Positions 20,259 to 29,137 of a stretch of 64,000 nt of DNA are shown piece after piece (the first letter of the stretch is position 1; the number at the start of each line of letters is the position of its first letter). A model generated the notes under the pieces. That model was not told the DNA's origin. It did no database searches and saw only the letters and a program-made list of their open reading frames with translations. Source of the DNA: a virus (taxonomy: Duplodnaviria > Caudoviricetes). Position numbers and translations under genes: made by a program. The DNA is taken from positions 52,105 to 116,104 of the IMG/VR virus record IMGVR_UViG_3300026522_000024; one strand, written 5' to 3'.

Positions 20259-20677
20259 GGAGGGGGCATATAGGTTAGACATCTGTATTACATGAAAGGA
20301 GAATAACCATGAAATTTGATGTAAAGTTAGACGTAACCATGAGTGGTACGATTGAGGTTGAGGCTAATAGCCCGCAGGAGGCAATGGTAATAGCCTACAG
20401 CAAGCAGTTTGTACCTAGTGATTTGAGAAATTTCTACTGGGTAGGCAATGATGTAGAGGAAGCAGTACCAACTGAAGAATAAGGAGGAAATCATGGAAAA
20501 GGTAGTAGACATTAATGATAGCCGTAGAAAGAATGTTGCTCTGTTCCTGACTGCTTCGGACATTGTAGAGAGCAGGACTCAGAAGGAACATCAAGAAGAC
20601 AAAGAGAAGAAGTATGGACTGCCAGACGGATTCAAATTGATTGGATTCGATGTTGTGAACTAAAGGAAGGTGTAGAC

Positions 20678-21001
20678 ATGAGTACAGGAATAAATAGACT
20701 GGATTTTGCTTCACTACTAGAGCAGCTGAATAAAGACGGAATACTGACTGCTTACATCAGCACTTACAATGAGAAGGTATATGCTAGGGGTGTATCGTTT
20801 AATAGCGAGAATAACACTATTGAAATTGAGTTTTCTAGCAGTAAAGAAGAAGCCACCACTGTACAGAGAATTATGGACACCTGTAATGTCATTAACGGCA
20901 ACATCCAGGTCAGGCTTCAGGGATTTGATATGGACTGGGATATAGACCAGCTGGAAGATAAGGTGTATTCTTTTTACAGAAGAGGTAAATTCCATCTATA
21001 A
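20678..21001 (+). CDS. hypothetical protein
   Basis: ORF with SD. Confidence 0.55.
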   Translation: MSTGINRLDFASLLEQLNKDGILTAYISTYNEKVYARGVSFNSENNTIEIEFSSSKEEATTVQRIMDTCNVINGNIQVRLQGFDMDWDIDQLEDKVYSFYRRGKFHL

Positions 21002-21029
21002 TATGAGGTAGACAGAGTAGGAGACATAT

Positions 21030-21323
21030 ATGATATACACCAGCTATTTTGCAAAAATGCGAAAATTCACTAAGGAGCAGCTTGACGCTTGCATTTGTAT
21101 CGCTAGATACCAGCCACGTGGCGTTAATTTGCTTAATTACATGGACGTAGCACCTAAAGACCAGATTCTATGGAAGTACAAGCGTGATAAAGACCAAGAA
21201 GCATATACAAAAGCATATAAGAACCAGCTTTTACGCTTGGATGTGCAGATGAAAATTCTCCCATACACAAAGATGGAATATAAAAAAGTGTTGACTAAAT
21301 TATTTATCTATGGTAATATATAA
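21030..21323 (+). pseudogene. DUF488-like protein, probably C-terminally truncated by an insertion
   Basis: MIYTSYFA..IARYQP..DVAP..AY..QL..LD; the 3' end runs through the downstream promoter and lacks the C..E..CHR tail. Confidence 0.5.
21291..21319 (+). promoter_or_regulatory. host sigmaA-type promoter
   Basis: TTGACT-17 bp-TAATAT with an extended TG and an upstream A-tract. Confidence 0.7.
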
Positions 21324-21366
21324 GCAGAGATAAGGAAATGAATTAAACCAAATGGAGGTAATTATC

Positions 21367-21873
21367 ATGGAAAGCGAAATGAAAGAAATGTACAACAAGA
21401 GCATGGAAGAACTTTGCAAACTTGCAGATGATTATCGTGTAAAACTTGATACGGTGTCGGACGTGTTTGAAGAACTTTCCGATGATGACAAAATCGAAAT
21501 TATCTTCGATTATCTTGATGAACAGGGAGAAAAACGTCCGTTCTCAATGGACAAATTTGATGATGAAATGAGAGGATTTACGCCTAGTGCTATTGCGATG
21601 CGTATCACAGAAGATTTTAATATTCAGGATGAATATTTTTGGTTCAATGGTTATGGGGATGTTGAAAGCGGCGATGCGTATGATGTTATCGACAAATTCG
21701 CAGATGATGTTTCAATTGATTGGCTGAAAGAGAATTTCAATCGTTATACCGCTTTCAATGATTTTGCAGATGAACTTGATGATATACACGATGTTTATGA
21801 TGATATTGTAATCGATATGGAAGAAGAAGGTATTGACGTTTCAGACATCCCTTCCATTGAAGAAGAAGAGTAA
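21367..21873 (+). CDS. highly acidic protein (candidate DNA mimic / anti-defence)
   Basis: Roughly one third D+E; DFNIQDEYFWFNGYGDVES; own promoter; GGAGGT SD. Confidence 0.75.
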   Translation: MESEMKEMYNKSMEELCKLADDYRVKLDTVSDVFEELSDDDKIEIIFDYLDEQGEKRPFSMDKFDDEMRGFTPSAIAMRITEDFNIQDEYFWFNGYGDVESGDAYDVIDKFADDVSIDWLKENFNRYTAFNDFADELDDIHDVYDDIVIDMEEEGIDVSDIPSIEEEE

Positions 21874-21888
21874 AATAGAAAGGAAGAT

Positions 21889-22158
21889 ATGAAAGTATTT
21901 TCCTTTACTTTGGTGCATTGGTTCATCGTGATGGATTCGTCTGGAAAATGGTACGTACCAGAGTGGGCAGTCATTGCATTACATAAGGAGCAGCTGAAGT
22001 ATAAGGACGCAGGAGAGTTGTACTGCTATCTTCCAGACGGCAGAAGTGTTCATGTACAGACTGGAGATTACATTGCTAGAAACCGTAAAGGCACAATCTT
22101 CCCTATTCCTAAGTATGTAGCAGATAACATGTATATACCACAGATGAAGGAGGAATAG
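21889..22158 (+). CDS. hypothetical phage protein
   Basis: GDYIA...G.IFP motif. Confidence 0.55.
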   Translation: MKVFSFTLVHWFIVMDSSGKWYVPEWAVIALHKEQLKYKDAGELYCYLPDGRSVHVQTGDYIARNRKGTIFPIPKYVADNMYIPQMKEE

Positions 22159-22160
22159 AC

Positions 22161-22526
22161 ATGACAGAGCGAGAACTGAATGAAAAGGTAATAGACATTG
22201 TAAGCTGTAGTGTATTCGACCCAAATAAGATGAGTCAGAAACTCAGGGAACTGTATCAGGAGGTAGCAGCTGAACTGTCCATGCGTGCCCTGAAGGAGTT
22301 TTCAGAGCACTTGGAAAATGACGGCAACAAGGTCATTGATGAGGCAATCCGTACTCTAAAGCATGGATACAAAGAGGAAAACAAAACAAATGGATTTATA
22401 GATAGACTCAGGAACTCCATCATTATGTATGTACTGAGCGATAAGACATTTATAGAGCCATTGAAGGCTACCATACTGATTAAATTACACGGAGAACTAG
22501 AGAAACTCATAAAGGAGAAGTTGTAA
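22161..22526 (+). CDS. hypothetical protein
   Basis: AAGGAGG SD. Confidence 0.55.
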   Translation: MTERELNEKVIDIVSCSVFDPNKMSQKLRELYQEVAAELSMRALKEFSEHLENDGNKVIDEAIRTLKHGYKEENKTNGFIDRLRNSIIMYVLSDKTFIEPLKATILIKLHGELEKLIKEKL

Positions 22527-22999
22527 TGGATTATAAAGAAGTAAAGATGAACCTGTTCAGTATCAATAAGACTGCTGATACTCCATACTGCCTGGCTCAC
22601 TGTATATCTGCTGACTTTGCTATGGCTGGTGGGATAGCAGTAGACTTTGTTAACAGGTGGAATATGAGGAATAGACTGAGAGCCCAATATGGAAATCAAG
22701 TAGACGGATTTGAGAGGTGTCGTGGGAAGGTGCTTCCAGTAGAGGTTAAGGACTACGGAAAAGACATTGTAGTGTACAACCTACTCACTAAAAAGTATGT
22801 ATACCAGAAGCCTGAATATGCCAATATTTCAGCAGTCCTAAAGCTCATGCGTGAAGACATGATAAGCAGAGGAATTACCAGAGTAGCAATGCCTAAGATT
22901 GGTTGTGGTATAGACTGCCTGTTATGGCGCAATGTAAGTGAGATAGTGAAGTATGTATTCAGCCAGACGGACATTGAGGTACGAGTGTGTTACCTGTAA
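22526..22999 (+). CDS. macrodomain protein, TARG1/Poa1p/DarG-like ADP-ribose hydrolase
   Basis: LAHCISADFAMAGGIAVDF, VYNLLTK, AMPKIGCGID.L.W. Confidence 0.88.
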   Translation: MDYKEVKMNLFSINKTADTPYCLAHCISADFAMAGGIAVDFVNRWNMRNRLRAQYGNQVDGFERCRGKVLPVEVKDYGKDIVVYNLLTKKYVYQKPEYANISAVLKLMREDMISRGITRVAMPKIGCGIDCLLWRNVSEIVKYVFSQTDIEVRVCYL

Positions 23000-23109
23000 T
23001 AACTGAAGTAAATACAGAAATAGATTATGGGAGCAGCCAATTTGCTCCCATATTTCAATATTATAAGTTATTGAGTCATATAACTATACCATTACAGGAG
23101 GCATAAAAC

Positions 23110-23796
23110 ATGAATACCTTTGAGAAAGTCAATACCAATATTAGTGTACTTGGTAAAGAACTTGTAGAGTGGATAAAGGCTCCAAAAGACACCAAAACTG
23201 AACAGGAGTTTGAAATCACCAATAAGCTGTATCATAAGTACATGATAGACCATGATGGTAAACCCAAGAACAAAATCTATCCTGATGTGTGGTACTTCAT
23301 CAATTACAACAACCAGTTTAATCCTAATGTGTATTTGGCTTATATTGTTCGGGATAAGCTGAAGTCACCTAGGAAGATACCAGAGCATCTTGCTGGTATG
23401 ACGATTGTTGGGACTAATGAATCATACAAGGGTAGTCTTATATGTGAGTGGGCTTACTACCAGAACGGCAGCAGTGAGAATCCATACTACATTGAGGGTT
23501 GCGACATCGCCACTAAGTATCTGGAGAGCAAGTACCCACTGAAGAAGGATGTATTCTACTATGTAGTCAATACTTCCAAAGGAATACGCATTTTCCGTGA
23601 TGAAAACAAGTCACCAAGGCGTCAATACACCCCAGAGGAAGTAACAGAGCAACCATCTGAGACAACACCTACTCAGCCAGCTGAAGCAGAGAAGGTTGAG
23701 CAGGAGAATGCTGTAGATAAGGCTCAGGAACAACCTACAGAAGATACTGCTAACCAGACAGTTGAACAGCCAGAGCAGGAAACTGCTTCAGAATAA
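23110..23796 (+). CDS. hypothetical protein with an acidic, Q/E/P-rich tail
   Basis: AGGAGG SD; 228 aa. Confidence 0.65.
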   Translation: MNTFEKVNTNISVLGKELVEWIKAPKDTKTEQEFEITNKLYHKYMIDHDGKPKNKIYPDVWYFINYNNQFNPNVYLAYIVRDKLKSPRKIPEHLAGMTIVGTNESYKGSLICEWAYYQNGSSENPYYIEGCDIATKYLESKYPLKKDVFYYVVNTSKGIRIFRDENKSPRRQYTPEEVTEQPSETTPTQPAEAEKVEQENAVDKAQEQPTEDTANQTVEQPEQETASE

Positions 23797-24013
23797 TAAC
23801 ACCACAGAAGGGAATGAAATTATACTTGTAAATTGAGGGGTGCTATACACTTAGCACTCCTTGTTTATTGTAAGGAGGTAACTGCTATGGTAGAAGTAGA
23901 AAAGACACAGGAACAAGTACAGCAGCAGCCTAAAGAGGAAACCTTGAAGAAAGTGTTAGAGGTAGAGCAATTGGACGATGTCATGAAAGATTGGGCAAAG
24001 GAAGGTGAGTAAC

Positions 24014-24403
24014 ATGCCTTCTCCATTGGTATCTTCAGTATCTTCCCAAATGAAGAAGTATACAAGCTCAACACAAGTAGTAACTCCAGAGGAAATCAAG
24101 AAGAATAAGCGTGGTATGCTAGATGTAGTAAATAGTGCTTTAGAACAGTTTAAGTCTAATCTGGAAAGTGGTAAGATAGACTTGGATTCATCTTTAGACT
24201 TAGACAGGTTAGTAAAACTCAATCTGCTGCTGTCTGGTGAAGCTAATTCTATAAGTGGTAGCCCAGCCAGTCAGGTTGAGCAGGTAGAGACCACTGAGCT
24301 GTCTAACACTTCTAGCATACTAGACGAGAATGACCCAACTGTTAAGGAACTCTGGAAAAAGTTGTATGATGGGTACAACCAGAAGAATGATATTCAAGAA
24401 TAA
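24014..24403 (+). CDS. putative terminase small subunit
   Basis: QFKSNLESGKIDLDSSLDLDRLVKL..LSGE resembles the small helical protein preceding TerL in Twort/SPO1-like phages (from memory). Confidence 0.4.
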   Translation: MPSPLVSSVSSQMKKYTSSTQVVTPEEIKKNKRGMLDVVNSALEQFKSNLESGKIDLDSSLDLDRLVKLNLLLSGEANSISGSPASQVEQVETTELSNTSSILDENDPTVKELWKKLYDGYNQKNDIQE

Positions 24404-24419
24404 GTAAGGAGGAATTACA

Positions 24420-25022
24420 GTGAAAGGTGTAGACGTAAGCGTATGGAATGATGACGTGGACTGGCAACTGTTGAAAGAGCACGGAATTGAGTTTGCTATT
24501 GTTCGCTGTTCCTACGGACTGAACTATGCAGATGAGAATTTTCTCCAGAATGTAAATGGTGCTCATGAAGTGGGCATGCGAGTAGGGGCATATCACTACA
24601 GTACTGCTCTTACACCAAGCCAAGCAGCACAAGAAGCAGTAATGGTGAAGAAACTCATTGAGAACGCAGGAGTACTGCTTGAAATGCCAGTGTTTTTTGA
24701 TATGGAAGATGCTGACGGATACAAAGCAAAGCACTCTTTTGACTTCAGTCGTAGAAACATCACTAACATATGCCGTGCTTGGTTAGACTATATAAAACCA
24801 TTGAACTCTGGTATATACGCCAGCTACTCTTGGTTGGAAGATTACATTGACTGGAGAGCACTTGGATGTCCTGTATGGAATGCACAGTGGAGTAAGTATG
24901 ATGACCTCCAGGGGTATCTGTGGCAGTTCACAGATTCACTGGTAATAGGTGGAAAGACTTTTGATGGAAACATCATGTACGATGATAAGCACAAGGCTGG
25001 ACTGAACCCTTGGGAAGCATAA
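24420..25022 (+). CDS. GH25 muramidase (endolysin), catalytic domain only
   Basis: GVDVSVWN..VDW, FAIVR.SYG, VGAYHYS, FFDMED, WQFTD. Confidence 0.92.
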   Translation: MKGVDVSVWNDDVDWQLLKEHGIEFAIVRCSYGLNYADENFLQNVNGAHEVGMRVGAYHYSTALTPSQAAQEAVMVKKLIENAGVLLEMPVFFDMEDADGYKAKHSFDFSRRNITNICRAWLDYIKPLNSGIYASYSWLEDYIDWRALGCPVWNAQWSKYDDLQGYLWQFTDSLVIGGKTFDGNIMYDDKHKAGLNPWEA

Positions 25023-25133
25023 TAACCTGTTCGGAGGATTACAACATGAACTGGAATACCACAACTTCTAGCCAAAGAAAATACACTAAAGAGGGCATAC
25101 TGCTGCCCTCTTTTGTTATGTAAGGAGTAAAAC

Positions 25134-25598
25134 ATGAATAAGATACCATTTAATCAACTCACTACGTGTCTGCTGCCAGATAGTATGATTACATTTACAG
25201 AGTTTACCTTAGATAGACACGAGAAAAAGCGGATGACCCTGCAGATAAAAGATGCCATAGTACATGAAATAATACCGAGTAATCAGAAACTTAGCAGAGA
25301 AGAACTGGAACTATACTATGGAGAAGGATTGGAAGATATTGATTACCTTCAGCTATCCTCTATGAACTGCCTGAGAATTGTTTTGAGAGTAGGCATAAAC
25401 GAATTGGAGCAACCTGTATTTAAGGTTATTTCAATTAGTAGGGATTTTTATGATGAAGGGCTTCAGGAGTTAGAGATTATGGGTGCTGAGATTAAGACTG
25501 AGCCAAATTACTTCCTTAGTATGGCTCAATTTGCCACGGAGCCAGTCACCGTAACCCAGCTTGAACAACCTATCAGAGTACCGATTATCACTCACTAA
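25134..25598 (+). CDS. hypothetical protein
   Basis: AAGGAG SD. Confidence 0.6.
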   Translation: MNKIPFNQLTTCLLPDSMITFTEFTLDRHEKKRMTLQIKDAIVHEIIPSNQKLSREELELYYGEGLEDIDYLQLSSMNCLRIVLRVGINELEQPVFKVISISRDFYDEGLQELEIMGAEIKTEPNYFLSMAQFATEPVTVTQLEQPIRVPIITH

Positions 25599-25612
25599 GA
25601 AGGGAGAAAAAC

Positions 25613-26656
25613 ATGGAAAAGCGAGTATACATCTTTCATCACACAGACCTAGACGGCATTGGAGTAAAAATTTTGGGTATTCTCTATGCTCAACAGCAGG
25701 GATTGCCTTATAAGAGCATTAGCTGTGGGTACAGCACAGTTAACGGTAACGTGATGAATATGATAAATGAAGCTAAAGACGTGGCTGAGGTTATCATTGG
25801 GGACATATCAGTAGATGAAGAAACTGCTGCTAAGCTGAATAAGTGGATGCGTAAGACAGGAGTACCTGTTAGACTGAGAGACCATCATGAGACTGCTCAT
25901 GCTCTTAACAGGTATGCTTGGGCAATCGTACACGAGTGCGATGAATACAAGGTTGATAGGTGTGGTACTTGGATGCTTTCTCAGGATGAGGACTTCCAAG
26001 AGATTACTGCTAGGAATAAGGTACTGATTGAGGCAATTGATGCTTGGGATACTTGGAAGTGGAAACGTGCAAATAATTTACATGCTAAGAATCTCAATGC
26101 TCTGCTGTCTATTATAGGAGAGGCAGATTTCACGGAATACTGCATTAGCCTAGACGGAAAACTGAAAGAACCATCAGACCTGTTCGATACAGAGAAGTCT
26201 GCTATGATTAAGGCTTTTAGGCTGTTCATAAAGAAGCAGCTGGACAGCTATGACAAGTATATGTACACCATGAACTTGTGGGTACTGAATAGGAGTCATA
26301 GCAAGAAGCAGATAAAACTAAAGACTGGTGTAATTTTCTGTAATGCTAATCTGTCTGAGATTGGTGATGGCATGTTAGATAGGCATCCAGAGTTAGACCT
26401 GCTCATGATGATTTCCTTCCCAGGCAGCATCAGCTGGAGAACACAAAAGCAGTTAGACATTCCTCTAGGGAAAATTGCTAAGATGGCTACTGGTAATGGC
26501 GGAGGTCACCCCATGGCAGCAGGCAGTACTGTGAGTTTTAATCAGTTTAAGGACAGCCTAATCAGGTTTATGGATAAGAACTTTGCTGCTAAAATGGATT
26601 ATTCTGACCTGTTAAGTCCATACGAAATCAAAAAACTGAAGGAATCTAAAGAGTAA
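25613..26656 (+). CDS. DHH-family phosphoesterase (NrnB-like)
   Basis: HTDLDG, IGDIS, RDHH, DAWDTWKW, GGGHPMAAG. Confidence 0.9.
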   Translation: MEKRVYIFHHTDLDGIGVKILGILYAQQQGLPYKSISCGYSTVNGNVMNMINEAKDVAEVIIGDISVDEETAAKLNKWMRKTGVPVRLRDHHETAHALNRYAWAIVHECDEYKVDRCGTWMLSQDEDFQEITARNKVLIEAIDAWDTWKWKRANNLHAKNLNALLSIIGEADFTEYCISLDGKLKEPSDLFDTEKSAMIKAFRLFIKKQLDSYDKYMYTMNLWVLNRSHSKKQIKLKTGVIFCNANLSEIGDGMLDRHPELDLLMMISFPGSISWRTQKQLDIPLGKIAKMATGNGGGHPMAAGSTVSFNQFKDSLIRFMDKNFAAKMDYSDLLSPYEIKKLKESKE

Positions 26657-26890
26657 TTTGTATGAATCCATGACAAAATACAATGAGGTGAGCTCAATTG
26701 AAGCTGAAAAGCAATCAAAAGAACATGAGCTATACCAAAAACTGTTGTAAAACATGTAGGCATATCATTCTACGTAAGGGTAAGGTGTCTTTCTGCATGG
26801 AGAGAGGCATCTATCTCAACCCAAAGAGTACTTGTGGGGAATACAATAACGTAAATGATGTGCCTACTGTTACATAAAGGAGAAAGAACC

Positions 26891-27427
26891 ATGATTATAA
26901 CAATTACTGGACCAAGCGGTAGTGGTAAAACAACACTAGTTAGGCAGTTGAAGATGAGAATGAACACTTCACCAGGATTCAGGATTGACGATATAGTCAG
27001 TACTACTACTAGACCTAAAAGAAGACAGGAAATTGATGGAATGGACTACTACTTTAGGGATGAAAAATACGTAGAAACCCATGATTTCATAGAGTTAGTG
27101 AAGTTTAATGGGTATTATTACGGCATAGAAAAGAAGGAAGTACTCAGTAAAATGTCTAAGAATGACAGAGTACTGGCTGTAGTAGACCAGCACGGCATGA
27201 AGGCACTCAAAGCAGCAGGATTAAGAACAGTATCAAGCGTATATTTATCTGTACCTCCAGAGACAGCTTTAATAAGGCTTATACGTAGGGATGGAGCAGA
27301 CAGTGCTGTGGCTAGATATATGTATGATAAGTCTCATGGGTTGTATAATTCAGAGGGATATGACCACATTGTTGCTAATAACCATATGGAGAGGGCATTA
27401 GCAGAAATGGCACGTATAATACTATGA
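26891..27427 (+). CDS. guanylate-kinase-like nucleoside monophosphate kinase
   Basis: GPSGSGKTT, STTTRPKR..EIDG.DYYF, FNGYYYG. Confidence 0.9.
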   Translation: MIITITGPSGSGKTTLVRQLKMRMNTSPGFRIDDIVSTTTRPKRRQEIDGMDYYFRDEKYVETHDFIELVKFNGYYYGIEKKEVLSKMSKNDRVLAVVDQHGMKALKAAGLRTVSSVYLSVPPETALIRLIRRDGADSAVARYMYDKSHGLYNSEGYDHIVANNHMERALAEMARIIL

Positions 27428-27488
27428 TGAAAAATACTACAATAAACATGAATTCCTCTTTATTTATTGGGATAAGGAGGGATTAACT

Positions 27489-28148
27489 ATGTGTGGAATC
27501 ATTGGATTTATTAGTGATAAAGTAACAGAAAATCAGATGCACTGCCTAAAAACTGTAATGATTGAGAGCCGTATTCGTGGTATGCATGCCTCTGGAGTTG
27601 TGTATTACATAAACAATAAAAAGAAAAGCATGGTGATTCCAGAGCCCATAGATGTATTAGTGAAAAAGCTAGACTGGACATCCATGATAGGTTGTAAAGT
27701 GTCACTGATAGCTCATGCTAGATATAGCACCAGCGACATTAAGTACAATCAACCTATTATAGACAAAGATACTGGCATTGCCATAGTACATAACGGAGTG
27801 GTGTCTCAGTCACCACCAGAGCAGTGGGAGCAGCAATTTGGGTATAAGACTCAGACTAAGAATGACAGTGAACTGTTGTTGAGGTGTATAATAGATGGCA
27901 AAGACCCATTAAAGGTATTTCCTGAATCTAGCATTGCTGCCTTGGTGCTGAATAAAGACCATTCCATAAGAGTTATCCGAAATGGATTGAGACCTCTGTG
28001 GACTGGAGAGGTAGAAGGTGCTAGAGTGTACGCCAGTACATTCGACATTCTCAGTAGAGCGAATATAGAGCCTCACAAGGTAGATTGCTCAGGAGTAGAG
28101 AAGCAGGTGTATTCTAACCACAATATAAGGACTCCAATTTTGATTTGA
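27489..28148 (+). CDS. class II (Ntn) glutamine amidotransferase, stand-alone
   Basis: N-terminal MCGIIG, RG.HASG, HARYST, NQP, VHNGV, NDSE, RPLW. Confidence 0.88.
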   Translation: MCGIIGFISDKVTENQMHCLKTVMIESRIRGMHASGVVYYINNKKKSMVIPEPIDVLVKKLDWTSMIGCKVSLIAHARYSTSDIKYNQPIIDKDTGIAIVHNGVVSQSPPEQWEQQFGYKTQTKNDSELLLRCIIDGKDPLKVFPESSIAALVLNKDHSIRVIRNGLRPLWTGEVEGARVYASTFDILSRANIEPHKVDCSGVEKQVYSNHNIRTPILI

Positions 28149-28159
28149 GGTGAAAACAC

Positions 28160-29125
28160 ATGGAAACAACAAGGGACAGGGTTTCACTGTTCATTGATTT
28201 TTGTAGAAATAGCATCTATGCTCACGATGTAGACCCAGCAATCAACTACATGAACTATATAATCAGACGAATGGAATTGAATGAAGAGCAGGTCATATGG
28301 TTGTGCTTTCTATATGGTATAACGTATCAGCTGCCTACTGCTTGGGTTATTTGGAACGAAATGCCAGACCTAGAACTGGTAAATAAGGAAAGACTAACGA
28401 AGTGGTTAACACCTGAAGTGCTCCATAGACTTCCATTCCAACAGGACAAAATAAAGTGTAGACCTAAGATGGCTGAGACGATACTCTCATATCAGTCCAT
28501 AGTGGGTAAGTCTCAGGCAGAATACTTTGATAATCTGTTAGACAGTGATGACCCTCATGAGAATTTCTGGAGAATGTGGTCACCATTGAAGTCTATATAC
28601 TGCTTTGGTAGGTTTTCCACATGGAATTTTTGTCAGGCTTTGAAGCATGTAGCAGGATATAATGTAGAGCCTACCATACTTATGATTGGTGAACCAGATA
28701 GTGTTTCCTTTACTGATGGGTTGGCTTATGCTTTCAATCAGGATGACAAGCTAACTAAGAAGGAAACCATAGGCAAGAAGAAGGTAAAGGTGTACTACAA
28801 GTGGAGTGACCAAGAGAAAGATGACATGGAGCGTTCAGCACTCATACTGAAGAAGTCACTGAACCTAGATAACTTCCAGTTGGAGACATTGGCGTGTGCT
28901 TTCAAGAAGATATGGAGAACAGCAGACAGCAGGTACGTAGGATACTATAATGATAGAGCAGCAGACGACATCAAGAAAACTGCTTCTATGGGATGGAACG
29001 GAATAGACTGGAAACTGCTCTGGGATGCTAGACAAGCTACAATTCCACAGGAGTATATTCATGATAACAAGGGAGTCAATACCATGAACTTCAAGCTGGA
29101 ACCATATCAGAAGGTATACACATAA
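28160..29125 (+). CDS. alpha-glutamyl/putrescinyl-thymine pyrophosphorylase clade 2-like (amino acid:DNA transferase, HhH-glycosylase fold)
   Basis: DVDP, WLCFLYGITY, FGRFSTWNF.QAL, ETLACAFKK..RYVGYY.DR. Confidence 0.72.
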   Translation: METTRDRVSLFIDFCRNSIYAHDVDPAINYMNYIIRRMELNEEQVIWLCFLYGITYQLPTAWVIWNEMPDLELVNKERLTKWLTPEVLHRLPFQQDKIKCRPKMAETILSYQSIVGKSQAEYFDNLLDSDDPHENFWRMWSPLKSIYCFGRFSTWNFCQALKHVAGYNVEPTILMIGEPDSVSFTDGLAYAFNQDDKLTKKETIGKKKVKVYYKWSDQEKDDMERSALILKKSLNLDNFQLETLACAFKKIWRTADSRYVGYYNDRAADDIKKTASMGWNGIDWKLLWDARQATIPQEYIHDNKGVNTMNFKLEPYQKVYT

Positions 29126-29137
29126 GAGGTGTTATAA

